Shown: piece by piece, positions 21,158-34,199 of the stretch
Layout: every line of letters starts with the position of its first letter
Numbering within the stretch: the stretch's first letter is position 1
NCBI RefSeq assembly: GCF_964213995.1
Contig: NC_135816.1
Coordinates: 11,036,001 to 11,100,000 of the forward strand
Direction of reading: 5' to 3'
From: Mustelus asterias
Lineage: Eukaryota
Length of the DNA stretch: 64,000 nucleotides
Notes under the pieces: model-generated
What the model saw: only the letters and a program-made list of their open reading frames with translations
What the model was told of the DNA's origin: nothing
Database searches by the model: none
Program-made: the position numbers and the translations under genes

Positions 21158-24122
21158 AAACTTGACAAAATCTTCTCGATCTTTCCATCCTCCAATGAAC
21201 AACAAGTGCGGTATAAAGAAGAGTAGGAATAGTTGGAAATCAGACAGTGAGGGGGGCGATTGGTACAAAGGGCTAGTTTCACTTTGCTTCTACCACATGC
21301 TAATCCTTAACTACTCAGGGAATCAGTTGTGAACCGTTTTTTGCCAGTCCATTGTGACAGCTTGACAGAAGAGAAAAAATATATAAAATGTGTAATTTCT
21401 ATTCTTAAACTCGTCAAATCCCACAGTATGGAAGGCAAATGGTGAACTTCTGCACTGTAACCAATCAAGTTGAGGTATTATAGTGAGGTCTCAATTTTAA
21501 TCACACGTCAAGAGCCTTGGAGCACTGAAGGAGGCCATTCAGCCCACTATACCTGTGCTGGCTGTTTAATGGTACCAATTGATCCCTTCTGCTCTTTATT
21601 CTTGCCATTATTTTCATTTCCAAATGTAGATATCCACTTTCCTTTTGAAATTTTTTCGGGAAGGAGCATTAATTTGAACAAAACCCAGTATATATTTGAT
21701 CTTCATTGAGAAACTCAGGTGGAAAGGCAAAGCTTAACATGTGGGATAGGTAGTAAGACTGGAGGGAAAATGTGCACACGGGAATGTAGACTGCTGGTGG
21801 TTCGGAGATGCAGCTTCTATCAGGGAGAGGAGTGCTCTGGTATCTTTCAATAATAGTCTGAAACATATAAAGGGCGCAGTTCAGATGTTCAAGAAGAATT
21901 TAGCAAAAGGTTTATAATAGAAAAGGGAAGTTGAATTTGGCAGTCTTTTCACAGAGATTCAAAACTATTCATGCAAAAACTCCGAGACATCTGCTCTGGG
22001 CTTTGAGTGAATGTCTCGCTGAGGCTGTTTCACCTTTGATTGGTGTATGAGGATGGACTTGAGAGAATCTTGAGGAGAGATCGATGACTATTCCATAGAA
22101 TGTACAACTCCAGAACAGGCCGCACTGCACACCAATGAGGGGAGGGCGGGGGTTAGGTGGTTAAAGATCAGGAACACATTGCCTGAGGGTGCGGCGGAGG
22201 CAAATTCAAATCGAGGCATTCAAGAAGGAGTTGGATTGTTATCCGAAATGGAAGAATGCGCAGGGGTTTGGGAAGAAGGCAGGGGAGTGGCACTAAGTGA
22301 ACTGCTTACGCAGAGAGCCAGCACTGTCACGGTGGGGCCGAGTGGCCTCCAGGGCCGTACCGATTCTGTGAACCGATCCGTGCGGTGTTCATGCTCCACA
22401 CGAGCCTGTTCCAACTTGTCTCACCCCCATCAACAGACCCATCATTCCCCTCACCCTCAAGCAGTTCAGATCGAGAGACACCAGGCCTGACAGGCGAGAG
22501 GGGATTAGGGAATCGGGCAGACCCGGAGAAACGGAACACAAGAACCAGAAGGTGAAACAAATGTCCACTGGCCTCAACCGTCTGGGGCTAGGTAGGCAGG
22601 GAGGCCGGCACACCCGGCATTCACATTGGAATCTTGCTGTGCAATATTAGCAAACGCGTATTAATGATCAGGATGAAAATCCTTCATCCAATATTGGAAT
22701 AAAATACGTCTGACTTTATTAAAGCCTTGGACAAATTCCCTGTAGACAGATTCATATCCTTCACTGCCAACTTTAACTCACAGTCGAGGGTGAAAATATT
22801 TCTCTCTTCATTCCCTTTGATCCTCTCACAGAGACACACAAGCCAATTCTAAACCCACCCCCCACCACAACCATCCCACTGGTGTTTGCTGGTCGCAGTG
22901 GCTTCAATCTGTCAAATAATCTAATAAAGGCGATCCCATCTTGTTAGCTTTCCAATCAAAATGGTGGGGGGATGGGAGGGGATTGGGGGGAGTGGTGGAG
23001 AGGGAGTCAGATGGGGCAGGCGGGGTATTAAGCCCTGAGCTGGAGAATTGGCTGCACTTTGTATCAAGTGACCCCATGCCAATGCCTCACCTTTTACAGG
23101 CCACACCAGGGCTCCCATTCACAACCTAGGCCCCAATGACAGGACGTCCCTGCGGAACTGGGCAGTTTTGCAAACAGTTTCCCCAATTCTTCTGTCAGTC
23201 TGCAATAGAGTTGCTGCAGCTTTAAACAATAGAAATCGTTGCATATTTTTTGCTGAGGAACCTTGTGTTTGAATAAGGGCGTGTTGCGGTGGGAAAGGTC
23301 GCTGTTAGGGCCACTTTTTAAATTTTAGGCTGATTTGCAATTGACATTGAAAAGCTGTGACTACTCTTTTAATATTTTTTGCATTGCCGGATTTATAACC
23401 AGAACTTTTCCCAAAAGCGGGAGATTTTTTCACGGATTATTAACTCATTTTAGCTTGCATAGACATCAGGGCTAACCAATCACCTGCTGGAGTTTGTGTG
23501 GTTTTGCATTTTAAGGCTGCGTTGTTTTAAGATTTGCATATTTTAATCAAGATTTGCTTAAATAAAGGTTTTCCTGTGTTTGGTTGGGTCGGTGTTGGTG
23601 GATAAAGTTAAGGAAAAGGGGCATTAAGCCAAGAATGCCGGATTATATCGGAATGACCATTGCTGTCTCTCACGGGGGCACTGGGCAGTGAATTGTGTAT
23701 TTGGGGAAAGATACTGTCAATGGTGTGATGGTGACTCCATGATCAAGAGGGCAGTGGGGTTTCAGAGAGATTCTGAAGTCCATGTGAGATAAGAGAATGG
23801 CTTCTGAATAATGTGATTTGTAAAAGATTTGGATTTGTTATAAAGGAGAAACAAAGGAATAAATGCCCCAGAGGAAAATTAAATGACTGTTTCCTTCCTG
23901 TGTGGTTTTGTCTCTCTCTCTCTCTCTCTCTTCATTCATTGCTCGGGTGTGTGTCACTAGCAAGGAGAGAACTTGTCCTTGGGGACATGGTGGTGAGCCA
24001 TCTTGATGGACCACACAGTCCACCTTCTGTTGAACTCCTCATCCATGTCTTTCCACCACTCCATAGCTCCTATTTCTAGACTCCCACATTCCATTCTCCC
24101 TAAATTTATGATGTCTGCGTCC

Positions 24123-24470
24123 TTTTTTTCTAATTCGTTCATGGGATGTGGGCGTCACCGGCTGGGCCAGCATCTATAGCCCATCCCTGAGAGCATTTTA
24201 AGAGTCAACTACATTGCTGTGGCTCTGGAGTCACATGTAGGCCAGACCGGGTAAGGACGACAGATTTCCTTCCCTCAAGGACATTAGTGAACCAGATGGG
24301 GATTTTCCAACCATCAATAATTGTTTCATGGTCACGATTAGACTTTTAATTCTGGATTTTTATTGAATTCAAATTTCACCATTTGCTATGGTGGCATTTG
24401 AATTCAGATCCCCAGAGCATTACCTTGGGTCTCTGGAGTACTAGACAATGCCACTATATCACTGCCTCCC
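24123..24470 (-). mobile_element. Type C SINE
   Basis: Colinear with the 7525-7895 copy. Confidence 0.78.
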
Positions 24471-24489
24471 CAAACTTGTACCAACAAAA

Positions 24490-25181
24490 GAACATATCCC
24501 TGTCTACATCATTGGTAATGAAGTAGAAATGGTCAACAGCGTCAATTTTTTAGGTGTCCAGATCTTCAACAACCTGTCCTAGTTACCCCATGCCGGCACC
24601 ATAGTTAAGAAAGTCCATCAACATCTCTACTTTCTCAGAAGACTATGGAAATTTGGTATATCCACTACGCCTTTCACCAGCTTTTACAGATGCACCATAG
24701 AAAGCATGCTTTCTGGTTGCGTCACAGCTTGGTATGGCTCCTGCTCTGCCCCAGACCACAAGGAATACAAAGGGCCATGAACAAAGCCCAATCCATCACG
24801 CAAACCGGCCTCCCATCCATTGACTCCATCTACACTTCTTGCTGCCTCGGCAAAGCAGCCAGCATAATCAAGGACCCCACGCACCCTGGACATTCTCTCT
24901 TCCACCTTCTTCCATCGGGAAAATGATACAAAAGTCTGAGGTCACGTACCAACCGACTCAAGAACAGCTTCTTCCCTGCCGCCGTCAGACTTTTGAATGG
25001 ACCTATCTCGCACTAGGTTGATCTTTCTCTATACCCTAGCTATGACTGTAACACTACATTCTGCACTCTCTCATTTCCTTCTCTATAAAAGGTATGCTTT
25101 GTCTGTATAGCGCGCAAGAAACAATACTTTTCACTGTATACTAATACATGTGACAATAATAAATCAAATCAAGTCAAATCA
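24490..25181 (+). mobile_element. Rex1/Babar-like LINE 3' fragment
   Basis: Decayed ORF (EVEMVNSVNFLGVQI, VKKVHQHLYFLRRL, HPGHSLFHLLPSGK, TNRLKNSFFP) and (tcaaa)n tail. Confidence 0.75.
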
Positions 25182-25767
25182 TTCATTCACTATCACCCCT
25201 CACCCACTCGCTGATCTATGTTGGCTCCTGGTACAGCAACGTCTTGATTTTACAATCCTTCTCTCCATGGCCCAATCCCTCCCCATTCACCAACCCAAAC
25301 TCTCTGGGATCTCTGTGCTCCTCCAGTTCTGGCACCTGCCTGATTTTAATCATCTCACTCCGCTCTCAGCTGCTGAGGCTCAAAACTCTGGAATTCAATC
25401 GTAAACCTCGCCAGCTTGTGGCTTCCTGCTCCTCCTTCAAGATACTTTCTGAAACCTTTCGACCAAGGCTGAGATGTTCCATTCTGGCCTTTATGGGGTG
25501 GTGGTCGGGGGATCGCCGTGGCTGGGAGAGAAAATCTAACGGACCGGCATAACATACGTTGACTTTGGGCGGGAGTTTCTAGTCCTGCGGTGGGGGCAGA
25601 TAGGTGTTTGGCCACCCACCAATCTCCTCACTTTGGCTGACTATCCAATCAAGCCCTCGTGCTCTGTTAGCAGAAGAATTCCAAAGATGTGCAGGTTAGG
25701 TTGATTGGCCGTGCTAAATTGCCCCTTAATATTAGGGTAAATTAGCAGGGTAAATATGTGAGGTCAC

Positions 25768-26508
25768 ATAGAACATAGAACATTACAGCGCAGTACAGGC
25801 CCTTCGGTCCTCGATGTTGCGCTGACCAGTGGAACCAATCTAAAGCCCCTATAATCTACACTATTCCAATATCATCCATATGTTTATCCAATAACCATTT
25901 GAATGCTCTTAATGTTGACGAGTCCACTACTGTTGCAGGCAGGGCATTCCACGCCCTTACTACTCTCTGAGTAAAGAACCTACCTCTAACATCTGTCCTA
26001 TATCTCTCACCCCTCAATTTAAAGCTATGTCCCCTCGTGCTAGCCAACACCATCCGAGGAAAAAGGCTCTCACTATCCACCCTATCTAATCCTCTGATCA
26101 TCTTGTATGCCTCTATTAAGTCACCCCTTAACCTTCTCTCTAACGAAAACAACCTCAAGCCCCTCAGCCTTTCCTCATACGATTTTCCCACCATACCAGG
26201 CAACATTCTGGTAAATCTCCTCTGCACCCTTTCCAACACTTCCACATCTTTCCTATAATACGGCGACCAGAACTGTACGCAATACTCCAAATGCGGCCGC
26301 ACCAGAGTTTTGTACAGTTGCAGCATGACCTCCTGGCTCCGAAACTCAATCCCTCTACCAATGAAAGCTAACACACCATATGCCTTCTTAACAACCGTAT
26401 CAACCTGGGTGCCAACTTTCAGGGATCTATGCACATGGACACCCAGATCTCTCTGTTCATCCACACTACCAAGTATCTTACCATTAGCCCAGTACTCTGT
26501 ATTACAAA
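25768..26508 (-). mobile_element. CR1 3' fragment inserted into a V-type SINE (25681-26598)
   Basis: 202-aa ORF with LYKTLVRPHLEYCVQFWSP and a (ttctatg)n tail; flanked by gtcac direct repeats at 25763-25767 and 26509-26513. Confidence 0.9.
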
Positions 26509-26639
26509 GTCACGGGGATAGGGCTTGGGTGGAATTGTTGCCGGTGCAGACTCGATGGGCTGAATGACCTCCCTTTGCATTGTAGGGATTCTATGATTTA
26601 GAATTTCACTCCAAAGGATTTCCTTTCTCTGGAACCTGA

Positions 26640-27465
26640 TGTAACCGCCGGATGAAATAATGAAAGTGGGCGTGGGCCATGTCGTCTTTTTGTGTGTTGG
26701 AATGGTATCTTGGAATGAGATAATTCACCGAGAGACTGCAGCTACAGCCCCCCCTTGATAATTCCCAGATTACAATGCAATTCGACTGACCTCATCACTA
26801 TTGTTATGGTTCAGGTCGGAAACTCCAAAGCGTTCTATGGAGACCGCCCGGATCATATATTTTGCATCTTGAATTCGGCTAGGATGAGCATGCGATGTTT
26901 CACTTCAGATATGATTCAAGTGACCCACTGGGGAGCTTTCATAAAGCAAAGTTTATTTAAGAATACAGTTAACATGTATTGTAAGAAAATTAGCAATAAC
27001 TTTTTATCAATTACAAACAAGAAGCAAACAATCATGATAATGTACAGCCCTTAACAAAGATATGCACAATGTTCCAATCAAACCAACCCCATAGAAAAAA
27101 AGACCCTTTTCACAAGTTTAACACAGCACAGACTAATGCCCACGTGATACTGGAAATTGAGTCATTTGGTTGAAGATTCAGTCTTGAGGAAGACAAGACA
27201 GTTTCCCAAAACACCAGAGAGACTGGTCCAGCAACAGCAGATTTTCACCCTTCAGAAAAGCAACAGAACTTCCAAAAAAATAACAGAGAGAGAGTCTTCT
27301 CTTTCAGCTTGATGCTTTCAACGCTTCAATTCCCAAAACCGAAACAGGGAATGAATCCCTGTCACCTGACCTGCCCACAGCTTTTTCTTCCTCCCAACAA
27401 TGACATCACCTAAGGTTGTGAGCATGAATTTTAAAAAAATCTCTTAAAGGTACACTAACATCACA
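26640..27465 (-). mobile_element. Possible solo LTR
   Basis: TG...CA termini (tgtaac...catcaca) and AATAAA on the minus strand; no matching TSD seen. Confidence 0.35.
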
Positions 27466-28349
27466 TTATGGAGAAGGCGGTACATCTTCACCAGCCAATC
27501 AAATCGAAGAATGGTAGTGAAGCTGTATTAATACTCATTGTGTGGAACCATGATGTCTTTTTGGATGAGGGTGTCAAACCCAGGCCTCACCTGCCCTCTC
27601 AAGTGGGTAAAAGGTCCCCGGCCTCTATATGGAAAATGAGAAGGGGGTGCTCCCCCATGTGTCCTGGGCCAACATTTATCCCTCTCAAACACTCGTATCT
27701 CAACCTGCATCCAGGAACTATCAATAAAACTCCTGTGTTTCTATAGTTTTTGGGGCAAAGAGGATGTAGCTGCCATAGCTGACTGGTTGGAATATGTGAA
27801 TGCTATGAGATGTGGGTGCGGGCCATGCGACAGTGGTTGGACTAACTCCTGAGAATTCATTGAAAGGGATTTCTGATGGGTGAACGATGGGGCTGTGGTG
27901 CATTGGGAAGTGGGAGAGGTTGGTGGTGTATAATGGGCAGGTTATTTGAGGGTGCATTCACTGACCTGGACCTGAGATCTTTGAACTTCCTGTGGCACTA
28001 CAGCCAGGTCTTGGCCTGGCCCTCATTTTAAAGATCCACCCCCCTCGTCACTCCTAAATTATCAATTCCTTTCAGAATCCAAAAGACCTCAATCAAAGTG
28101 CACCATAATCTTCCATATTCCAAGACATACCAGATTAAAACTATGCCCACGAATCTTGTCAGACCTGGGTGTTGGCTCGCTAGTGTGTTGCCAAAGTCAT
28201 TGATGACTAGAGTGAATAAAGATCCTTATTGGACATGAATAGCCACTCCCTTCCAATTTGAGTATACACCCATTATCCTTCCACTGCTTAACCAATTGCC
28301 TTACCAGATCAACCATTTGCCTTCAATTCCATGGCCAGGGTGCTACATA

Positions 28350-28965
28350 AAAACATAGGAACATAGAAAGTCGGAGCAGGAGTAGACCATTCAGCTCTTC
28401 GAACCTGCTCTGCCATTCATTTTGATCATGGCTGATCATCAAATTCAATATCCTGATCCTGCCTTTATTTCCCTCTGAGAATTGGTTACTCTGGACGCAT
28501 GCTACATACAAAATATCTTTGTTTAAGATAATGCTTAGAAACTAGAAGCAGGAGTTGGCCATTCGGCCCTTCGAGCCTGCTCCGCCATTCATTTTGGTCA
28601 TGGCTGATCAGCAAATTCAATATCCTGATCTCCCCCTTCCCCCTCATATCCCTTTAGCCCCAAGAGCTATATCTAATTTCTTCTTGAAATCAGACAGCAT
28701 TTTGGCCTCAACTACTTTCTGTGGCAGTGAATTCCACACATTCACCACCCTCTGGGTAAAGAAATTTCTCCTCACCTCAGTTCTAAAAGGTTTCCCCCGT
28801 ATCCTCAAACTATGACCCCTAGTTCTGGACTCCCCCAATCATTGGGAACATTCTTTCTGAATCTACCCTGTGTAACCCTGTTAGAATTTTATAAGTTTCT
28901 ATGAGATCCCCTCTCACTCTTCTAAACCCTAATGAATATAATCCTAACTGACTTAGTCTTTCCTT
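28350..28965 (-). mobile_element. Two CR1 3' fragments
   Basis: SRTRGHSLRIRGKPFRTEVRRNFFTQRVVNVWNSLP and CR1 tails. Confidence 0.85.
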
Positions 28966-29057
28966 ATATTATGGCCTCACCCTGTCTATTCCAGTGGATC
29001 TTGGCGAGCCATTTAAATCTCCATTCAGTATAACAGATCCATCCGTACTATCCTGCT

Positions 29058-29363
29058 GGGTGGCACGATGGCACAGTGGTTAGCACTGCTGCTTCACAGC
29101 TCCAGGGACCTGGGTTCGATTCCTGGCTTGGGTCACTGTCTCTGCGGAATCTGCACGTTCTCCCCATGTCTGCGTGGGTTTTCTCTGGATGCTCCGGTTT
29201 CCTCCCACAGTCTGAAAGACGTGCTGGTTAGGTGCATTAGCCATGCTAAATTCTCCCTCAGTGTACCCGAACAGGCGCTGGAGTGTGGCAACTAGGGGAT
29301 TTTCACAGTAACTCCATTGTAGTGTTGATGTAAGCCTACTTGTGACACTAATAAATAGACTTT
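29058..29363 (+). mobile_element. HE1/V-type SINE, tail B, full length
   Basis: From gggtggcacgatggcacagtgg to gtgacactaataaatagacttt. Confidence 0.88.
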
Positions 29364-29621
29364 AAAATCCTGGCCCATGAGTTATAATTTTAGCTGACAA
29401 CCAGTTATGTGGAACCTTGTCAATAACGTTTTGGAAGGCTGCATAAATTACAGCCAGAATTACAGCCAGTCTCACATGTCCCACCACTGCTGGCCAGCGA
29501 GAATGGAAAATCTGGTTCTCAGCTAAATCTCCATTCACTGCAGTGGGACTGGAGAATCCCAACTGCGGGCAAGGTCAGAGAATCCAGCCTACATCTGTAG
29601 GCATCCTCCATCCACTACTTT

Positions 29622-29962
29622 ATTTGATTTGATTTGATTTATTATTGTCAAGTATTGTTTCTTGCGCGCTATACAGACAAAACATACCGTTCATAGAGAA
29701 GGAAAGGAGAGAGTGCAGAATGTAGTGTTACAGTCATAGCTAGGGTGTAGAGAAAGATCAACTTAATGCAAGGTAGGTCCATTCAAAGGTCTGACAGCAG
29801 CAGGGAAGAAGCTGTTCTTGAGTCGGTTGGTACGTGACCTCAGACTTTTGTATCTTTTTCCCGACGGAAGAAGATGGAAGAGGGAATGTCCGGGGTGCGT
29901 GGGGTCCTTGATTATGCCGGCTGCTTTTCCGAGGCAGCGGGAAGTGTAGACAGAGTCAATGG
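29622..29962 (-). mobile_element. Rex1/Babar-like LINE 3' fragment
   Basis: Reverse complement of the 24.8-25.2 kb copy, with (tttga)n tail. Confidence 0.78.
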
Positions 29963-30319
29963 AGTTAATTGATTCCCCAAAATATTAACTTGGGTTTGTT
30001 AGCTGTGACCTAACTTTTTTAGCAATCCATCTTGGTTCTCTCGAATCAGTTTAGATATCTCTAAGTATTGAGTCATTCTGACCTTAATTACATATTCCAT
30101 CAACTTCCCTACACAGCAGCTGTTGGATTAATAGGTTTATAACTTCCTCATTTCTCTCTGACAACTTTCTGAAATAATAGTGCTAATTTGTAATTTTCTC
30201 TCAAGGGCCTGTTCCTGGATCAAGAAGATTTGCAGGATCAGGGTCAAAGCATCTGTGTTTTCATTAGAAAATTTAGGTTGTCCACTGGTGTGGAAGACAC
30301 CAGTCGCTTTTTTTCATTC

Positions 30320-31597
30320 AAAGAACAGAGAACAAAGAAAATTACAGCACAGGAACAGGCCCTTCGGCCCTCCAAGCCTGCACCGACCATGCTGCCCGTG
30401 TGAACTAAAACCCCCTACCTACCAGGGACCCTCCATTCCCATCCTTTTCATGTACTTGTCCAGACGCCCCTTAAAAGTCACTGTCGTATCTGCTTCCACT
30501 ACCTCCCCCGGCAGCGAGTCCCAGGCACCCACCACCCTCTGTGTAATTCAATCCTGGGAGATGGGCGTCGCCGGCTGGGCCAACATTTATTGCCCATCCC
30601 TGAGGGCATTTAAAAGTCAATCACATTGCTGTGGGTCTGGAGTCACATGTAGGCCAGACCGGGTGATGATGGCAGATTTCCTTCCCTAAAGGACATTAGT
30701 GAACCAGATGGGTTTTTATGACAATCGACAATGTCTCCAAGGTCACCATCAGATCTTTTAATTCCAGATTTTTTTTATTGAATTCAAATTCCACCATTCG
30801 CTATGGTTTAATTTGAATCCGGGTCTCCAGAGCAGTACCTTGGGTCTCCAGATTTAAAATTTTATTTCATTTATTAGTGTCACAAGTAGGCATCCATTAA
30901 CACTGCAATGAAGTTACTGTGAAAATACCCCAGTCTCCACACTCCGGCACCTGTTCGGGTATACTGAGGGAGAATTTAGCACGGCCAATGCACTAACCAG
31001 CACGTCTTTCGGACTGTGGGAGGAAACCGGAGCACCCAGAGGAAACCCACGCAGACACGGGGAGAATGTGCAGACTCCGGACAGACAGTGACTCGAGGCT
31101 GGAATTGAACCTGGGTGCCTGGTGCTATGAGGCAGCAGTGATAACCACTGTGCCACCGTGCTGCCCCCATTATTAGTCCAACCACAATACCACCACGCCA
31201 TCACCTCCCCTAAACCTCTGGGGGATTTGTCAGTCTTGAGGTGCCATTATTTCTTAGAATAAATCATAGAAACCCTACAGTGCAGAAGGAGGCCATTTGG
31301 CCCATCGAGTCTGCACCGACCACAATCCCACCCAGGCCCTACCCCCACATATTTTACCTGCTAATCCCTCTAACCTACGCATCTCAGGACTCTAAGGGGC
31401 AATTTTTAACCTGGCCAATCAACATAACCCGCACATCTTCGGACTGTGGGCAGAAACCGGAGTACCCGGAGGAAACCCACGCAGACACGAGGAGAATGTG
31501 CAAACTCCACACAGACAGTGACCTGAGCCGGGAATCGAACCCAGGACCCTGGAGCTGTGAAGCAGCAGTGCTAACCACTGTGCTACCGTGCCGCCCA
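30320..31597 (-). mobile_element. Cluster: CR1 3' end (30320-30545), type C SINE (30545-31210) with nested V-SINE tail B (30866-31168), V-SINE tail A (31254-31597)
   Basis: Each piece is colinear with family copies elsewhere in the window. Confidence 0.8.
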
Positions 31598-32039
31598 CCA
31601 TTCTAACACCATTTTTGTTGCTTGTGAAACGTTAGTGAGTTTCCACCCCTCGATTGATTATTCATTTCCTGGATACAGTAACCTCTTCCTCCATCGTAGT
31701 CATTCAAAAAGTCTTCCATTTCCTTATTTTCATTATCAATATTACATGCTTCTGTTTTTAAAAGGCCCACGTCAGCCTTTCTCTTTCTCATTGTAAAAGT
31801 TTTTTCTGTTTGAATGGGTATCCAGAGCAAAGAACCAATGTACGTAGCACCTTTAGTGAACTCAGGGCACCTCAAAGTACTAAACAGCTATCAAAGAGCT
31901 TCTGTAGTGCGGCCACTGCTGATGTAGGAAATAATGGCTGAGACTGCCAGGCCGAACTCCCTTCCTCTTATTCTACTTAGTACTGTGGGGTCTTTCACAT
32001 CCACCTTGGAGAGTCAATGGGAATGGGGGAAGGGTTGAT

Positions 32040-32585
32040 TTAATTTGATTGAATTTGATTCATTATTATCACATGTATTTGGATACAGTGAAAAGTATTG
32101 TTTTTTGAGCACTATACAAAGCATACTGTACATAAAGTACATCGGGAAGAAGGAAAGAATAGGGTGCAGAATGTAGTGTTACAGTCATAGCTAGGGTGTA
32201 GAGAAAGATCAACTTAATATATGGTAGGTCCACTCAAAAGTCTGATGGCAGCAGGAAAGAAGATGCTCTTGAATCCGTTGGTGTGTGATCTCAGGTGGAA
32301 GAGAGAATGTTCGGAGTCCGTGGGGGCCTTTCCGAGGCAGCGGGAAGTGTAGACAGAGTCAATGGATGGGAGGCTGGTTTGCATGATGGACTGGGCTTTA
32401 TTCACAACCCTTTTGTAGTTCCTTGCAGTCTTGAGCAGAGCAGGAGCCATACCAAGCTGTGATACATCCGGAAAGAATGCTTTCTATGGTGCATCTGTAA
32501 AAATTGGAGAGATGTAGCAGACATGGTGAATGTCTTTAGCCATATGAGAAAGTGGAAGGTTTGGTTGGTATTCTTAACTATAGTG
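32040..32585 (-). mobile_element. Rex1/Babar-like LINE 3' fragment
   Basis: Homologous to 24490-25181. Confidence 0.75.
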
Positions 32586-32856
32586 TTCACATGGGGGAGA
32601 CCAGAACAGCTTGTTTGTTTGACATCTTGCCTGAAGGCAAGCATTTCCAACAGTGCAGTTCTCCCTCAGCACTGCACTGGGAGTATCAGTTTGTTACACT
32701 CACGTCTAAGGAGCGAGACTTGAATCCATAACAATGCTTAAGTCTTAACTGCCTCTGAAAATGGCCACTGCACTCCATTGTCACCACCAGCCTCTCAAGG
32801 GCACTAGGGATGGGCAATAAAATTAAAGCAAATCACTGCGGATGCTGGAATCTGAA

Positions 32857-33297
32857 ACCAAAAAAGAAAACGCTGGAAAATCTCAGCAGGTCTGGCAGCA
32901 TCTGTAAGGAGAGAAAAGAGCTGACGTTTCGAGTCCAGATGACCCTTTGTCAAAGCGAAAAGGCATAGGAAGTGGGAGATATTTATACTGCAGGGTGAGG
33001 GAATGAAGGATGAGACAAAAACAAGGGAAAAGGCTGCTAATGGCAGTCCATAGAGAGAATAGAAGGTTCTTTCTCTTCTCTCCTATTCTCTCTATAGACT
33101 GCTGTTAGCAACCTTTCCCCTTGTTTTTGTGGCTATGACTCATCCTTCATTCCCTCACCCTGCAGTATAAATATCTCCCACTTTCTATGCCTTTGAACTT
33201 TGACAAAGGGTCATCTGGACTCGGAAACGTCAGCTCTTTTCTCTCCTTACAGATGCTGCCAGACCTGCTGAGATTTTCCAGCGTTTTTTCTTTTGGT
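32857..33297. repeat. Fold-back of two inverted Penelope-like terminal repeats (arms about 210 bp)
   Basis: The left arm accaaaaaagaaaacgctggaaaatctcagcagg... is the reverse complement of the right arm; each arm has a degenerate hammerhead core (ttgacaaagggtc...gactcgaaacgtcagct). Confidence 0.85.
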
Positions 33298-34199
33298 CAG
33301 AGATGGGCAGTAAGTGCTGGCCTCCCCAGCAACACCCACGTCGTACCAATGAATTGAGAAAAAAATCCCTTCTGACTCAGAAGTGAACGAGCTACTGAGG
33401 CAATGATAACTGCAAGGTCCCAGCACCTGTGACAGCAAACGGAACCTGAACAAGTGCAGAAACTGCCTTTCCCAAGGGGAACGAGGAATGGGCAATAAAA
33501 TGCTGGCCCAGCCAACGATGCCCACATCCTGCAAATGAATAAAAGAATTGCAGGGACTTCAGTTCCACTATTGGTCCCTTGCCCCTTGATGTATGTTTGC
33601 CAGTATTTCCCACTCCACCGATGCTACCTGACCTGCTGGGTACAGCCAGCATTTTCTGTTTTATTTTCTGCCTTCTTTCCAGTTTGAGCTAGGATGAGAT
33701 CAGCCCCCTCAGCGATAGTTGTCATGATTTGGAACGTGCTGCCTGAAAGAACAGCTGAGGATGATTCGAGGGTGACTCTCTAAAGGGGAATTGGACAAGT
33801 TCTTGAAAGGGAAGGAGGTTGCGGAGCTGTGAGCTAATAGAGGGGTGGGGGAAGGTGTGGGGCTGACTGGATAGCTCACGCTGGCACAAACACGACAGGC
33901 CAAATGGCCTCTGCACTCTGCCATTCAGTGAGCTGAGAGTTGGGCAGTGGGGATTTTCCGTGTGGGAAGGTAACTCCACCCCCTGCATACCTCTCCAGTG
34001 AAAAGAAAAGGTATGAGATTCATCGCCTGGCAACAGGCTGAAACGGAAAGTCCCCAACACAAGCTTCCTGATTCACTTTAACAAACTGAAACCCACAAAG
34101 AGGATCGGTTTGAATGGTTTTCAGGACTTTGAAGATTTACTTTTGATCATGAAAAGGCCTATTGCTGCATGTCAGTGTGTCCTGAAAAGTTTATTTCAC

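Noticed and set aside
21955-22010. Alternative CD74 terminal exon (ttttcacag acceptor; QIQNYSCKNSETSALGFE-stop), faintly like human DPSSGLGV
   Set aside because: Weaker pyrimidine tract with an upstream AG, downstream of a better acceptor and two AATAAA signals; similarity too short to trust without transcripts.
22039-22136. Possible C/D-box snoRNA: 8-bp terminal stem attggtgt/acaccaat with ATGAGGA inside the 5' arm
   Set aside because: Box C has a mismatch and the box D position reads CTGC, not CTGA; no recognisable guide sequence.
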